Assembly (NCBI RefSeq): GCF_003351905.1
Contig: NZ_CP022339.1
Location: 1,071,594-1,103,593, forward strand
Direction of reading: 5' to 3'
Origin: Candidatus Saccharimonadota bacterium
GTDB lineage: Bacteria > Bacteroidota > Bacteroidia > Cytophagales > Amoebophilaceae
Length of the DNA: 32,000 nucleotides
Shown: piece by piece, positions 1 through 8,625 of the stretch
How positions within the stretch are numbered: the stretch's first letter is position 1
Layout of the letters: every line of letters starts with the position of its first letter
Made by a program: the position numbers and the translations under genes
Notes under the pieces: model-generated
Databases searched by the model: none
What the model saw: the letters and a program-made list of their open reading frames with translations, nothing else
What the model was told of the DNA's origin: nothing

Positions 1-911
1 CTGAACTGGAAACCAAGATTTTAAGCATGTTTTCTAGTGGTATGAGCTATAAGTCTATAGCCGCTCATATTGAAGAAATCTATGATCATAAAGTATCAGC
101 TGCTGAAATATCGGCTATTACAGATAGCTTATTGCCAGTAATAAATGAATGGCGTAACCGTCCTCTTCAATCGGTCTACCCCATAGTTTTTATGGATGGT
201 ATGTTTTTTAAGGTTAAAGAAGATGGGAAATGTGTAAGTAAATGTCTGTATACCTTATTAGGCATAGATCAAGAGGGTAAAAAAGAAGTGTTAGGCTTCT
301 ATTTATCTGAAAGTGAGGGAGCTAATTTCTGGTTAGGTGTACTCAACGAGCTTAAGGCAAGGGGTGTAGAAGATATCCTTATTGCCTGTGTTGATGGACT
401 AAAAAGCTTCCCTGCAGCCATTAATAACGCTTTTCCCAATGCACAGGTGCAGGTCTGTGTAGTACACCAGATACGCAATTCCATCAAGTATGTAGCTAGC
501 AAAGATGTAAAACGTTTTTTAACTGATTTAAAGCAAGTATATCAAGCTTCAAATAAGGAAGTTGCAGAACATTATCTATTGGAATTAGAAGAAAAATGGG
601 GAGAAAAGTATCCAATGGTTATCAAATCTTGGCAAAACAACTGGGAGCATTTGTCTGGTTACTTTAAATATTCAGATCCTGTCAGAAGGCTAATTTATAC
701 GACCAATCCAATAGAAAGCCTCCATAGACAAATTAGACAGTTTACCAAAACAAAAGGGGCATTTACCAGTGTCAATGCTTTGTATAAATCAGTATATTGC
801 GCTATCAAGAAGATGGAGGATAAATGGACTATGCCGCTCAGAAACTGGGCACTGACCATATCTCAGATAGACATCTTTTTTCCTGGAAGAGTCAAATCTG
901 AGTTGACGTGA
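1..911 (+). CDS. IS256-family (Mutator-type DDE) transposase, C-terminal part; the ORF is open to the window edge
   Basis: The translation (VFMDGMFFKVKEDG...ACVDGLKSFPAAI...VCVVHQIRNS) fits the IS256/Mutator transposase pattern. It is identical to residues of the 412-aa copy C protein. Confidence 0.9.
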   Translation, partial: ELETKILSMFSSGMSYKSIAAHIEEIYDHKVSAAEISAITDSLLPVINEWRNRPLQSVYPIVFMDGMFFKVKEDGKCVSKCLYTLLGIDQEGKKEVLGFYLSESEGANFWLGVLNELKARGVEDILIACVDGLKSFPAAINNAFPNAQVQVCVVHQIRNSIKYVASKDVKRFLTDLKQVYQASNKEVAEHYLLELEEKWGEKYPMVIKSWQNNWEHLSGYFKYSDPVRRLIYTTNPIESLHRQIRQFTKTKGAFTSVNALYKSVYCAIKKMEDKWTMPLRNWALTISQIDIFFPGRVKSELT

Positions 912-945
912 AGCCCGAAACTGACACAGTTAATTGAACACTTCC
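1..945 (+). mobile_element. IS256-family insertion sequence, copy A (5' part lies off-window)
   Basis: The encoded protein is identical over the shared 294 aa to copies B and C, and the first ~60 nt I compared by eye match copy B from 18832. It ends with the terminal repeat ...gaaactgacacagttaattgaacacttcc at 945. Confidence 0.9.
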
Positions 946-1108
946 TAACCTTAGAGACAATGGTTTTATAGATTAATTTTATCCTTTTTACCATAAATAT
1001 CTCACTATAAGTTTATAAAAATAGATAAAATATTTTCTTTCCCATTGGCTTGTTTTTCAGTTAAAAAAACCTTAAGAAGTAAGGGTATACCATTAAAATA
1101 CCATTAAA

Positions 1109-1348
1109 ATGATATTACTGGACATCACGGGCGCCCTTGAAGGTTGGATCACAAGCGGTTACCAGTTGTTAACTTTGGTAGCCAAATTACTAGGCGTAGT
1201 AGGCGCGTTTAGACTAGCCTATCTATACAATGTGGGTAGAGACAGAGGTATGATCTTTCATGAATTGTTACACTGGATAGGTGCCATTGTCTTCTTTTCA
1301 TCAGTTGGTCCTTTGTATGATATGATTGCCAATTTTTTTAAACTCTAA
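1109..1348 (+). CDS. Small membrane protein, TraE-like (DUF4134-type, pilin-like T4SS component)
   Basis: 79 aa with two hydrophobic helices. The motif LLGVVGAFRLAYLYNVGRD...WIGAIVFF resembles Bacteroides TraE. It is the first gene of the tra operon. Confidence 0.45.
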   Translation: MILLDITGALEGWITSGYQLLTLVAKLLGVVGAFRLAYLYNVGRDRGMIFHELLHWIGAIVFFSSVGPLYDMIANFFKL

Positions 1349-1371
1349 ATCAGATAAAAACATAATCTTCC

Positions 1372-1695
1372 ATGCAAAAATTAGTCAATAGCCCCTATTT
1401 AAAAGAGAAAGGCGTTTTAGGTCCGTTTTCTTTACCAGAAGCCTTAGTGGCGCTAGGCATTTGTTGCCTGACCTATATGGTCTCTTGTTACTGTGAAGAC
1501 TTTTTGCACTACAATCGTATGTGGACCATCTCTTTAACAAGCCTAATGATTATTATCTCTTTTTTGATAAAAATATTTCTAAAACATAGTAATCCTACCT
1601 GGCTATCAAGTCTTTTCGCTTATCATTTTTTGCATGTACCGATAGATATTTTTAGGATAAAATTTAAGATCAATGCTTTTCTCAAAAAAAGATAA
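1372..1695 (+). CDS. Small membrane protein, TraF-like (DUF4133-type)
   Basis: 107 aa with two TM helices. It sits directly upstream of traG and overlaps it by 23 nt, the position TraF occupies in CTn-type operons. Confidence 0.4.
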   Translation: MQKLVNSPYLKEKGVLGPFSLPEALVALGICCLTYMVSCYCEDFLHYNRMWTISLTSLMIIISFLIKIFLKHSNPTWLSSLFAYHFLHVPIDIFRIKFKINAFLKKR

Positions 1696-4126
1696 GAAAG
1701 AAGACCTACATAGAGTCTTACCTTTTGTAGATTTTCACAATGATATGGCCATATCTGCAGATGGGACTATTTCTGTACCCTTTAAAGCTACTTTAGCCTT
1801 TCAGGAACAGTATACCGAGCAACAGTATATAGATTGGACGCATATGCTATCTAATAGCATGAAAGAATTGCCCTGTAACAGCCTTGTGCAACAAGTAGAT
1901 ATATACTACCCAGATCAATGGCATAATCCATCTGTAGATAGTAACGAGCTTGATTTTTTTAAACAAAAACAATTCAGTCATACAGAAGGTTGCCCTATAC
2001 TCTGCCATGAATCCTATATCATACTTTCCTTTCCTGGATTGTATAAGGAATATACACCAATATCTACTTTTTATTCTAGAGATGAGACAAAAAGTTTTAT
2101 CAAAAACCCATTTATTAATTTAGAAAAGCGATTAATAATAGCCAAGAAAGATGCAGCCCAATTTCGTCAAAGTGTATCTACCCATCTTCCCTTAAACACT
2201 CTTACGTCTGGTGAATTTTCCCGTTTGGTACATAGATGTTTATCCTTAAACTTTAAAGATCCTGAAGGTACCTTATATGGTGGTTTATTAAAAGACAAAG
2301 CATATCTACAGTTGGCTGGTAGAAAAGCGCAAGTAATTTCTTTAATGGAAAGTGCTGCTGAGCCTAGTTATACCGTTCTGGATAGATTTGGCCACAATGG
2401 AGGAGTGTGCGCTCCTTTAACAGAAGGCCTTGGACGAAGCATAAATTTTCCGCATGTTATTTCTAGAGTCATTCGCATGATCGACTCTGAATCTTTCTTA
2501 AAAAACCATTTCAACGCATTTGCTTGGAGTGAAGCCACTAAACTCGATGAACGTAAGCTACAAAACATCAGACATATACGCAGTGAAATGGCTGATTTCG
2601 AACAAACACTTCGCGAGAGAAACGAACCAATTGTTTATTTATCTTTTTTAGTGATACCATTTGGTATGACTGATTTATCAACCCTAAATGAATACAGTTC
2701 TCAGGTACTAGCTGCTTTTTCTGGGATAGGCATGAGGGGTTACTTAGAAACCATTGATACGGCTAATCTATTTTTTGCCGCTTTACCAGGCAATGGCAAT
2801 CAGGTATATAGGCGTCTACCGATTCCCCTACTAACAGCGGTGGCCCATATGAATAGTACCACTCCCTTCACAGGTTATCAAGAAGGTGTGTTTCTAGCGA
2901 ATAGATATAGAGAACCGATCTATTTGAACCCATTTAATACCGATTTAGACAACCAAAATGCCTTTATTTTCGGCCCTTCTGGATCTGGTAAATCCTTCTT
3001 TAATGGCAAAATGATTAAAGATCGATTTCAAGCAGGCCATATAGTGATTGTCATTGACAGTGGTGGCACCTATCGCCATTTGTTCAGTGCGCTAGGAGGC
3101 AAATATATTGAACTCAGTTCAGAAAAATCTTTAGGCTTAAATCCTTTTTTATTCCCAGCTGATGAATCAGGCAGATACCTGCCAGATAGTAGTAAAATTA
3201 TATTTCTAGTTCAACTGATTGGCAAAATGTGGAAGGGAGATTTGAATGAAAATCCCATGAGTGAAGTAGAAAAATCTTTACTCTCTCAGTGGATTAGTGA
3301 TTATTATAGAGATTTACCAAAAGCGGTCATCCCTACTTTAACGGGCTTTTATGACTATTTACAAACATTGGTAGCAGCTAATGGACAAGCTATTCTTGAT
3401 CTTAAAAAGGAACAGTTGTTCCCTTTTCAAGAATTTTTTATTGTGTTAAAGCCATTTGCGAATGGTATCTACAAAAATCATTTTAATGCTTTAGAGCAAG
3501 ACTATCTATTAGACCATAGGTTGGTCTGTTTTGAGTTAGAAGCCATTAAACAGAATAGCAAACTTTATCCATTGGTAGTACAAATTCTATTTGAATTTGC
3601 TTTTGAGATGGTATCTAAACATCCAGATGCCATCAAGTTTATAGATATAGAAGAAGGTTGGACCACCTTAGATGATGCCTCTAGAGAGCATATAGAAGCT
3701 TTTTACCGAAAAGGCAGAAAAACCAAAACCTCTATTCGAATCATCACCCAAGACATCGGGGAAATCAAATCATCTAAGATCGCTAGTGCCATTAAAAACA
3801 ATGCAGCTACCTTTATCCTGTTATACAATGAAAAATCCTCCAGCAGAGAAGAAATAGGTACTTTCTTAGGTATGAATGCGTTAGACATGCAAAAGTATGC
3901 CAGTCTGCGTCGTAAAAACGGTCCAGGTGGTTTTAGGGAAATCTTTATTAAAGAGATGAGCCAGAGTCACGTGTGGCTATTAGAACCCTCTCTTTGGGAA
4001 CATGCCATGTTTACTTCTCATCCATCAGAAAGAAACCAAATCGCTTCATTTACTAAAAAACATGGAAATATAGAAGATGGCATTGCAGAATGGGTATACC
4101 ATACGAAACAAAAATATTATGTCTAG
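1673..4126 (+). CDS. traG: Conjugation system ATPase TraG (VirB4-family) of Bacteroidota type
   Basis: 817 aa with Walker A FGPSGSGKSFF followed by HIVIVIDSGGTYRHL. The size and N-terminal region are typical of Bacteroides/Flavobacterium conjugative-transposon TraG. Confidence 0.9.
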   Translation: MLFSKKDKKEDLHRVLPFVDFHNDMAISADGTISVPFKATLAFQEQYTEQQYIDWTHMLSNSMKELPCNSLVQQVDIYYPDQWHNPSVDSNELDFFKQKQFSHTEGCPILCHESYIILSFPGLYKEYTPISTFYSRDETKSFIKNPFINLEKRLIIAKKDAAQFRQSVSTHLPLNTLTSGEFSRLVHRCLSLNFKDPEGTLYGGLLKDKAYLQLAGRKAQVISLMESAAEPSYTVLDRFGHNGGVCAPLTEGLGRSINFPHVISRVIRMIDSESFLKNHFNAFAWSEATKLDERKLQNIRHIRSEMADFEQTLRERNEPIVYLSFLVIPFGMTDLSTLNEYSSQVLAAFSGIGMRGYLETIDTANLFFAALPGNGNQVYRRLPIPLLTAVAHMNSTTPFTGYQEGVFLANRYREPIYLNPFNTDLDNQNAFIFGPSGSGKSFFNGKMIKDRFQAGHIVIVIDSGGTYRHLFSALGGKYIELSSEKSLGLNPFLFPADESGRYLPDSSKIIFLVQLIGKMWKGDLNENPMSEVEKSLLSQWISDYYRDLPKAVIPTLTGFYDYLQTLVAANGQAILDLKKEQLFPFQEFFIVLKPFANGIYKNHFNALEQDYLLDHRLVCFELEAIKQNSKLYPLVVQILFEFAFEMVSKHPDAIKFIDIEEGWTTLDDASREHIEAFYRKGRKTKTSIRIITQDIGEIKSSKIASAIKNNAATFILLYNEKSSSREEIGTFLGMNALDMQKYASLRRKNGPGGFREIFIKEMSQSHVWLLEPSLWEHAMFTSHPSERNQIASFTKKHGNIEDGIAEWVYHTKQKYYV

Positions 4127-4922
4127 TCATTTTCAAGGTATTCTATCCTCATCAGCTAATCTAGCTGCACAAAACCTAATGGTGGATGTTACCATTACCA
4201 AGATGATTGGAGTAGCTAAGTTGTTACTATTGCCTTTCTTATTGATCCGTTTAATCGTCTACTATTTTCAGTATCATTTAAGTAGTGCTGAGTTATTAAA
4301 ATCATGTTATACCAGTCTGTTAACACTGACTGTTACCTTTATACTTCTTCAATTCTACTTGGATATTTTTCATATACTAGACAAGTTAACTGCTTTAATT
4401 ATGAAGGGGTTTGATTGGCATGATTTAATTAAACCTGATAGTTTAAAAGAATATCCTGAGATAGGTATATGGGAGTTGATTAAAAATTGCTTTTCGAATG
4501 TAACTACTAAGGTGTTAAAATCCATAGCTGGCATCATAGGTTTAACCACTACTATATTCCGTCATCAAGCGATCCTATTTACTTTACAGGTCGGTCCTTT
4601 GGCCATTTCCGCTAGCCTCTTACCAGGCAATTTTAGCGGAATAATTATTTATTGGCTCAATATGCTGATTTCCTTTTTAATGTGGGGGGTAACCATTGAT
4701 TTGCTAGACTATTCACTGATTTCTTTAGAGTTTAATAATGTAGATGGGATAGGTGCTGCCATAGCTACTTGCTTGATGTATGCTATGGTAGGTCCGCTTA
4801 CCTCCTTATATATAGGCAATACGATAGGGAACAGCCTTTTTGCAATAGGAGAAGCAAGGACGAGTCAGTTTATGACTTATGGAGTTAGTAGTTTACAAAA
4901 GTTGAGAAAACAAAATGAATAG
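4077..4922 (+). CDS. traJ: Polytopic membrane protein, TraJ-like (VirB6 analogue); the start may be ATG 4119
   Basis: About 6 predicted TM helices. It lies immediately after traG; the alternative ATG at 4119 overlaps the traG stop by 8 nt. It is shorter than canonical TraJ. Confidence 0.55.
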   Translation: MALQNGYTIRNKNIMSSHFQGILSSSANLAAQNLMVDVTITKMIGVAKLLLLPFLLIRLIVYYFQYHLSSAELLKSCYTSLLTLTVTFILLQFYLDIFHILDKLTALIMKGFDWHDLIKPDSLKEYPEIGIWELIKNCFSNVTTKVLKSIAGIIGLTTTIFRHQAILFTLQVGPLAISASLLPGNFSGIIIYWLNMLISFLMWGVTIDLLDYSLISLEFNNVDGIGAAIATCLMYAMVGPLTSLYIGNTIGNSLFAIGEARTSQFMTYGVSSLQKLRKQNE

Positions 4923-5005
4923 TGACTAGACAATACATTAATCCTTACTTCGTAAGGTCTGTGTGGGCAAGCTAATGGGAAAGAATACTATAAACACAAT
5001 ACAAT

Positions 5006-5668
5006 ATGTTAGATAATAAAGATTATCAGTCATCAACTGTTCAATCGATTCATAAGCTAAACAGCTATCATTACGGGAATATCATTAACCTACTACGATT
5101 TTTAGTTGTTTTTCTTTTGGTATCCTTAGGTGGTTTATCTGCTTTTTTAGGCTATTTGGTATTTAAACAGAACAGAAGTGATTTGGTCTATTTTGCTACC
5201 CTTGAAGGGACCCATGTGGGTATAAGAAAAGAGAATCCAACTAATAACAGCAGAGAATCGTTTGAAGTAGAAAATTTTTCCATGCGTTTTATACAAGATG
5301 GTTTTGCCCATAGCGAAAACAATTATCAGGAAAATATTGAAAGAGCCTTGACCGTCATGAATAATGCTTCTAGAGTTACCTTAAAAAAACTCTTTTCTGA
5401 TGATAGTTTGTTTCAAGTATACAAGGAGTCTAATGGCGTAACAACAGTTACTGTTAAACGCATAGTTACTGATACAGCATCTTATCCATACAAGGCAGAA
5501 GTCTACTTTCAAACAGATTTAAAGTTTTTAACGGGCCAAGGAAAAGTAAAAACCCATAGCTACCATCAAGGGATTGCATTAGAAATGCAACCAACGTCTA
5601 GATGTAGTAAAAATCCCTATGGCTTAATGATCACCGATCTAACCTTTTTAAATCATGAAGCACAGTAG
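5006..5668 (+). CDS. traK: Conjugative transposon protein TraK-like
   Basis: 220 aa with one N-terminal TM helix. The C-terminal region (SYPYKAEVYFQ...SKNPYGLMITDLTFL) resembles the TraK family pattern. Confidence 0.65.
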   Translation: MLDNKDYQSSTVQSIHKLNSYHYGNIINLLRFLVVFLLVSLGGLSAFLGYLVFKQNRSDLVYFATLEGTHVGIRKENPTNNSRESFEVENFSMRFIQDGFAHSENNYQENIERALTVMNNASRVTLKKLFSDDSLFQVYKESNGVTTVTVKRIVTDTASYPYKAEVYFQTDLKFLTGQGKVKTHSYHQGIALEMQPTSRCSKNPYGLMITDLTFLNHEAQ

Positions 5669-6455
5669 CCTGTTACTATTTTTGATCTTTTATTTTCCTG
5701 TTTTTGCATTGAATATTAAAGTATCTGACCAATATCCCACTTTACTCGAATTTAGTGGTACCATTGAGAAGATTTCTTTTGGTAATGGAGACCAAGAATA
5801 TGTCTCCAAAGAAGAAGGTAGGTTCTTAGAAGTAAAAGCCAAGCGTCCTGGGACCAGTAAGACTACCGTTACTGTTTTTTATCTAGTCAATGAAGGGAAA
5901 AAGAATGAAAAGATAGATGTCTTCTATGGAACCGTTAGTTATGATGCTGGGATACAACCAATGTATGATCTTACCCATCATAAAGTGAAACAAATAGAAG
6001 AACTAGAAAAGTGGGATACCGATGAACCATTAACTGAATCCTTAATAGAAGCTATAGAATACGTATCCCAGGATCAACCAAATATCAAACGTTTTCATCA
6101 AACCAAACAAAAAGTGAGTTGTTTTTTGAGCAATGCCATTAGCACAGGAGAAGAGATTGTTTTAAAATTTGTATTAAAAAATAGCTCTCCCTACAACTAT
6201 AAAGTAGGAAGCGTATACTTTTTAGGTAATAACAAAGACAAAACTGCTATTCCTATTAAACTCAAACCTAAGCGTATGGTAGTAGTCCCAGGAGAGATCG
6301 TACCGATGACTTTCGTTATTAAACATAAGGTAGAAAAATCAGGTATCGTCGTTCGTTTTGAAGAGAAAAAAGGACGTAGAGATTTAAGTTTGACCTTACC
6401 TAATAGATTGTTACTGAGTATACCATGTTTGGTTAAAGAATCTAAAGAAGTGTAG
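5655..6455 (+). CDS. traN: Secreted protein, TraN-like (DUF4138, VirB9 analogue)
   Basis: Signal peptide MKHSSLLLFLIFYFPVFA. The N-terminal block (YPTLLEFSGTIEKISFGNGD...LEVKAKRPGTSKTTVTVF) and C-terminal block (LKNSSPYNYKV...VVPGE...EKKGRRDLSL) match my recollection of TraN. Confidence 0.55.
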   Translation: MKHSSLLLFLIFYFPVFALNIKVSDQYPTLLEFSGTIEKISFGNGDQEYVSKEEGRFLEVKAKRPGTSKTTVTVFYLVNEGKKNEKIDVFYGTVSYDAGIQPMYDLTHHKVKQIEELEKWDTDEPLTESLIEAIEYVSQDQPNIKRFHQTKQKVSCFLSNAISTGEEIVLKFVLKNSSPYNYKVGSVYFLGNNKDKTAIPIKLKPKRMVVVPGEIVPMTFVIKHKVEKSGIVVRFEEKKGRRDLSLTLPNRLLLSIPCLVKESKEV

Positions 6456-6460
6456 TTCCT

Positions 6461-7336
6461 ATGGACAAGAAGCAATTAGGTTTTGGATTCGCTGGATTGT
6501 TGGTTATTGCTTGGGTGGTGCTCAGAGATGTTCGCAAAACAAAAAGTTGGTATAATTTTTTTGTGGCCCCTCCACCTAAACCTTGTAAGCTACTCGAAAA
6601 AGCAGAACCCTTGTCGATTACGAAAGAAACCAATCAAAGAATGAAGAATCGCTTTCAATCAGAGCAGGTACGCTGTTCTTTGTTTGAAGATATGGCTAAA
6701 AATATCAGTAAAGATGTATCAACAGTTGAACCAGAGTCTGCTGCATCAAAATCGGTTAAAGAAGCCGAACCAGTTACCATTAAACCTAAAAAGGTAATTC
6801 AAAAAGTTCAAAAGATAGTTTCTTCTCCAAAACAGGAAAAAAACTACTTTCCAGTAGCCTTTGAAAGAAAAGGGAGAAAAAGGAATATTAAGGTAAAAAA
6901 CAGCTTTGCTGCAGGCTATGTCTACGGCACACAGGAGCTCAAACATGGCAGAAGTATTAAAATACGTGTCAAAGAAGCTTTTGCTTACAAAGGTCAAGAA
7001 ATACCAAAAGGCGCATTTTTATATGGAATTGTTGCTTTTGGAAAGGAAAGAATTCTAGCTAAATTAGAAACAGCTGAATTTGGTAAAAATGTGATTTCAG
7101 TGGCTATTGGTTTGTATGACTCAGACTATATGATTGGATTATTGGTAGAGAATTTGCATCCTTTTATTGATCAGGCGCAAAACAAATTGCTCAGTAGAGC
7201 AGCTAGTAGTGGCAATAATTCTTGGATCAGGGAGATCAGCGGGGTGGTAGTAGATGGTATAAAATCTGCTAAAAATGAGCAAAAAATCACAATAGAAAAT
7301 AGAAGAAAGGTATTCCTTAAACCAATAGAAAAATGA
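6461..7336 (+). CDS. traM: TraM-like protein (VirB10 analogue), short form
   Basis: N-terminal TM helix. The C-terminal block (GRSIKIRVKEAF...IPKGAFLYGIVAFGKERILAKLETAEF...VAIGLYDSDYMIGL) resembles the TraM C-terminal domain. At 291 aa it is shorter than the roughly 400 aa or more I recall for canonical TraM. Confidence 0.6.
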   Translation: MDKKQLGFGFAGLLVIAWVVLRDVRKTKSWYNFFVAPPPKPCKLLEKAEPLSITKETNQRMKNRFQSEQVRCSLFEDMAKNISKDVSTVEPESAASKSVKEAEPVTIKPKKVIQKVQKIVSSPKQEKNYFPVAFERKGRKRNIKVKNSFAAGYVYGTQELKHGRSIKIRVKEAFAYKGQEIPKGAFLYGIVAFGKERILAKLETAEFGKNVISVAIGLYDSDYMIGLLVENLHPFIDQAQNKLLSRAASSGNNSWIREISGVVVDGIKSAKNEQKITIENRRKVFLKPIEK

Positions 7337-8247
7337 ATAAGTGTAAAAAATATGGTCTGGTCTCTTTATGCCTGTTCATTCCTATTACCTCTTCAGCAAG
7401 TATAGGATCTTCTATCAAATCAGGATTAAACAAAATCCTACCTAATGGATTAAAAAAGTGGATACCTGGTCTATCTCCAGAAGAAAAAACAGCTCAGTTA
7501 ATGGAAGAACAAGTAGGTACTTCTAATAACGTTCTAGCACAAATGAAAGATGCGGCTGATAGTATGAGAAAACTAAAAGAGCGTGTAGAACAAGCTAATT
7601 CTATTAAAAATCAAAGTAAATCATTATTTAAAGATCTCGCTGAAGCTAAATATGGTAAAGTAGCGCTAGGTATATCTGAGAAAATCAGTGGTATTAGTTT
7701 AAATCCTAGTGATTATATTCCTAGTTTAGATTGTACTAAAGATCTTAAAAGAAATTGTTCTTTTTCGTACTATAGAGAAAAAGCGCTATTAGGTAGAGTA
7801 GATGCTTTTACCAGTAGAAGTAGTAATTTCATGGGTACCAAACCTCCAAAAAGTTTAAACAGGCTTTGCTCAGATATTCAAATGGAATTGCGTCTATCAG
7901 ATCAAATTAAAATAGCTGCTAAAGAGGCCAATAACAGACTGATTCCAGTCTATAAAGAACAGATCAAAAATCTAGAGATTCAAAATAAAAAGATAGATAA
8001 AACTCTATCCAACCCTAATTTTTATAAAAATGATCCAGTAAAATACTTTCAACTAGAAAGCATTAAAAACAAAAATATCTTAGATATGGGAGAACTGGTA
8101 GAGCGGATCAATAGACTTCAAGTGGCATCGGAAGAGGTTTCTAAAAAAGATAAAGAAGCTATTGCAGAGTTATATAGTGCAAAGTTAAACAATGATCTAA
8201 TACAGCATATCGTCAAAAGTAAAATAAAAAGAAATAGTAATTTTTAA
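7333..8247 (+). CDS. Secreted coiled-coil protein of unknown function, translationally coupled to traM (ATGA overlap)
   Basis: Signal peptide (LCLFIPITSSAS). Long K/E-rich helical segments. I recognise no family. Confidence 0.5.
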   Translation: MNKCKKYGLVSLCLFIPITSSASIGSSIKSGLNKILPNGLKKWIPGLSPEEKTAQLMEEQVGTSNNVLAQMKDAADSMRKLKERVEQANSIKNQSKSLFKDLAEAKYGKVALGISEKISGISLNPSDYIPSLDCTKDLKRNCSFSYYREKALLGRVDAFTSRSSNFMGTKPPKSLNRLCSDIQMELRLSDQIKIAAKEANNRLIPVYKEQIKNLEIQNKKIDKTLSNPNFYKNDPVKYFQLESIKNKNILDMGELVERINRLQVASEEVSKKDKEAIAELYSAKLNNDLIQHIVKSKIKRNSNF

Positions 8248-8619
8248 ATGAAGATGAGAGAAAAATACAAACTAGAAGCAATCAAAGAATTTGCAGAAAA
8301 TCCTTTCATAAACTACAGGTCAGAGGTAGAATTGGATGAGTTTTTCATAGATGAACTGTCAAATAAATCTAAGAATATCATCAAGTATTTAATGTTCAAA
8401 CATTCATTTAAAGAAGAAAAATTCTTATTTAAGCTAAATGAGTTTAATAGGTTTATGATATATATCAATATGGAATATCCCTGTGATGGTATAGTAGAAC
8501 TATGCGCTAAAAAGGTATTAGCTAAAACCAAAGATCCAGATCTATATTGGGTGAATAATGATTTCTTTAGAACTGGAATCTTTCAACCAAAATACATAGA
8601 AGATGATGGTTGTAAGTAA
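8248..8619 (+). CDS. Hypothetical protein, last gene of the tra operon
   Basis: 123-aa ORF whose ATG directly follows the upstream TAA. I recognise no motif. Confidence 0.4.
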   Translation: MKMREKYKLEAIKEFAENPFINYRSEVELDEFFIDELSNKSKNIIKYLMFKHSFKEEKFLFKLNEFNRFMIYINMEYPCDGIVELCAKKVLAKTKDPDLYWVNNDFFRTGIFQPKYIEDDGCK

Positions 8620-8625
8620 AGATGC

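Noticed and set aside
299-502. A 67-aa antisense ORF inside the IS256 transposase, repeated at 19130-19333 and 21402-21605.
   Set aside because: It lies entirely within, and opposite to, a well-supported transposase gene, has low-complexity composition, and recurs only because the IS is repeated. It is a shadow ORF.
1087-1108. A tandem 11-bp duplication, taccattaaaa x2, immediately before the traE-like start codon.
   Set aside because: It is real in the sequence but short and AT-rich with no obvious regulatory logic. It is probably a slippage duplication and is not reported as a feature.
6197-6997. Minus-strand ORFs of 92, 63 and 83 aa overlapping the traN-like and traM-like genes.
   Set aside because: They are antisense to a tightly coupled operon, their translations are low complexity, and they have no independent start context.
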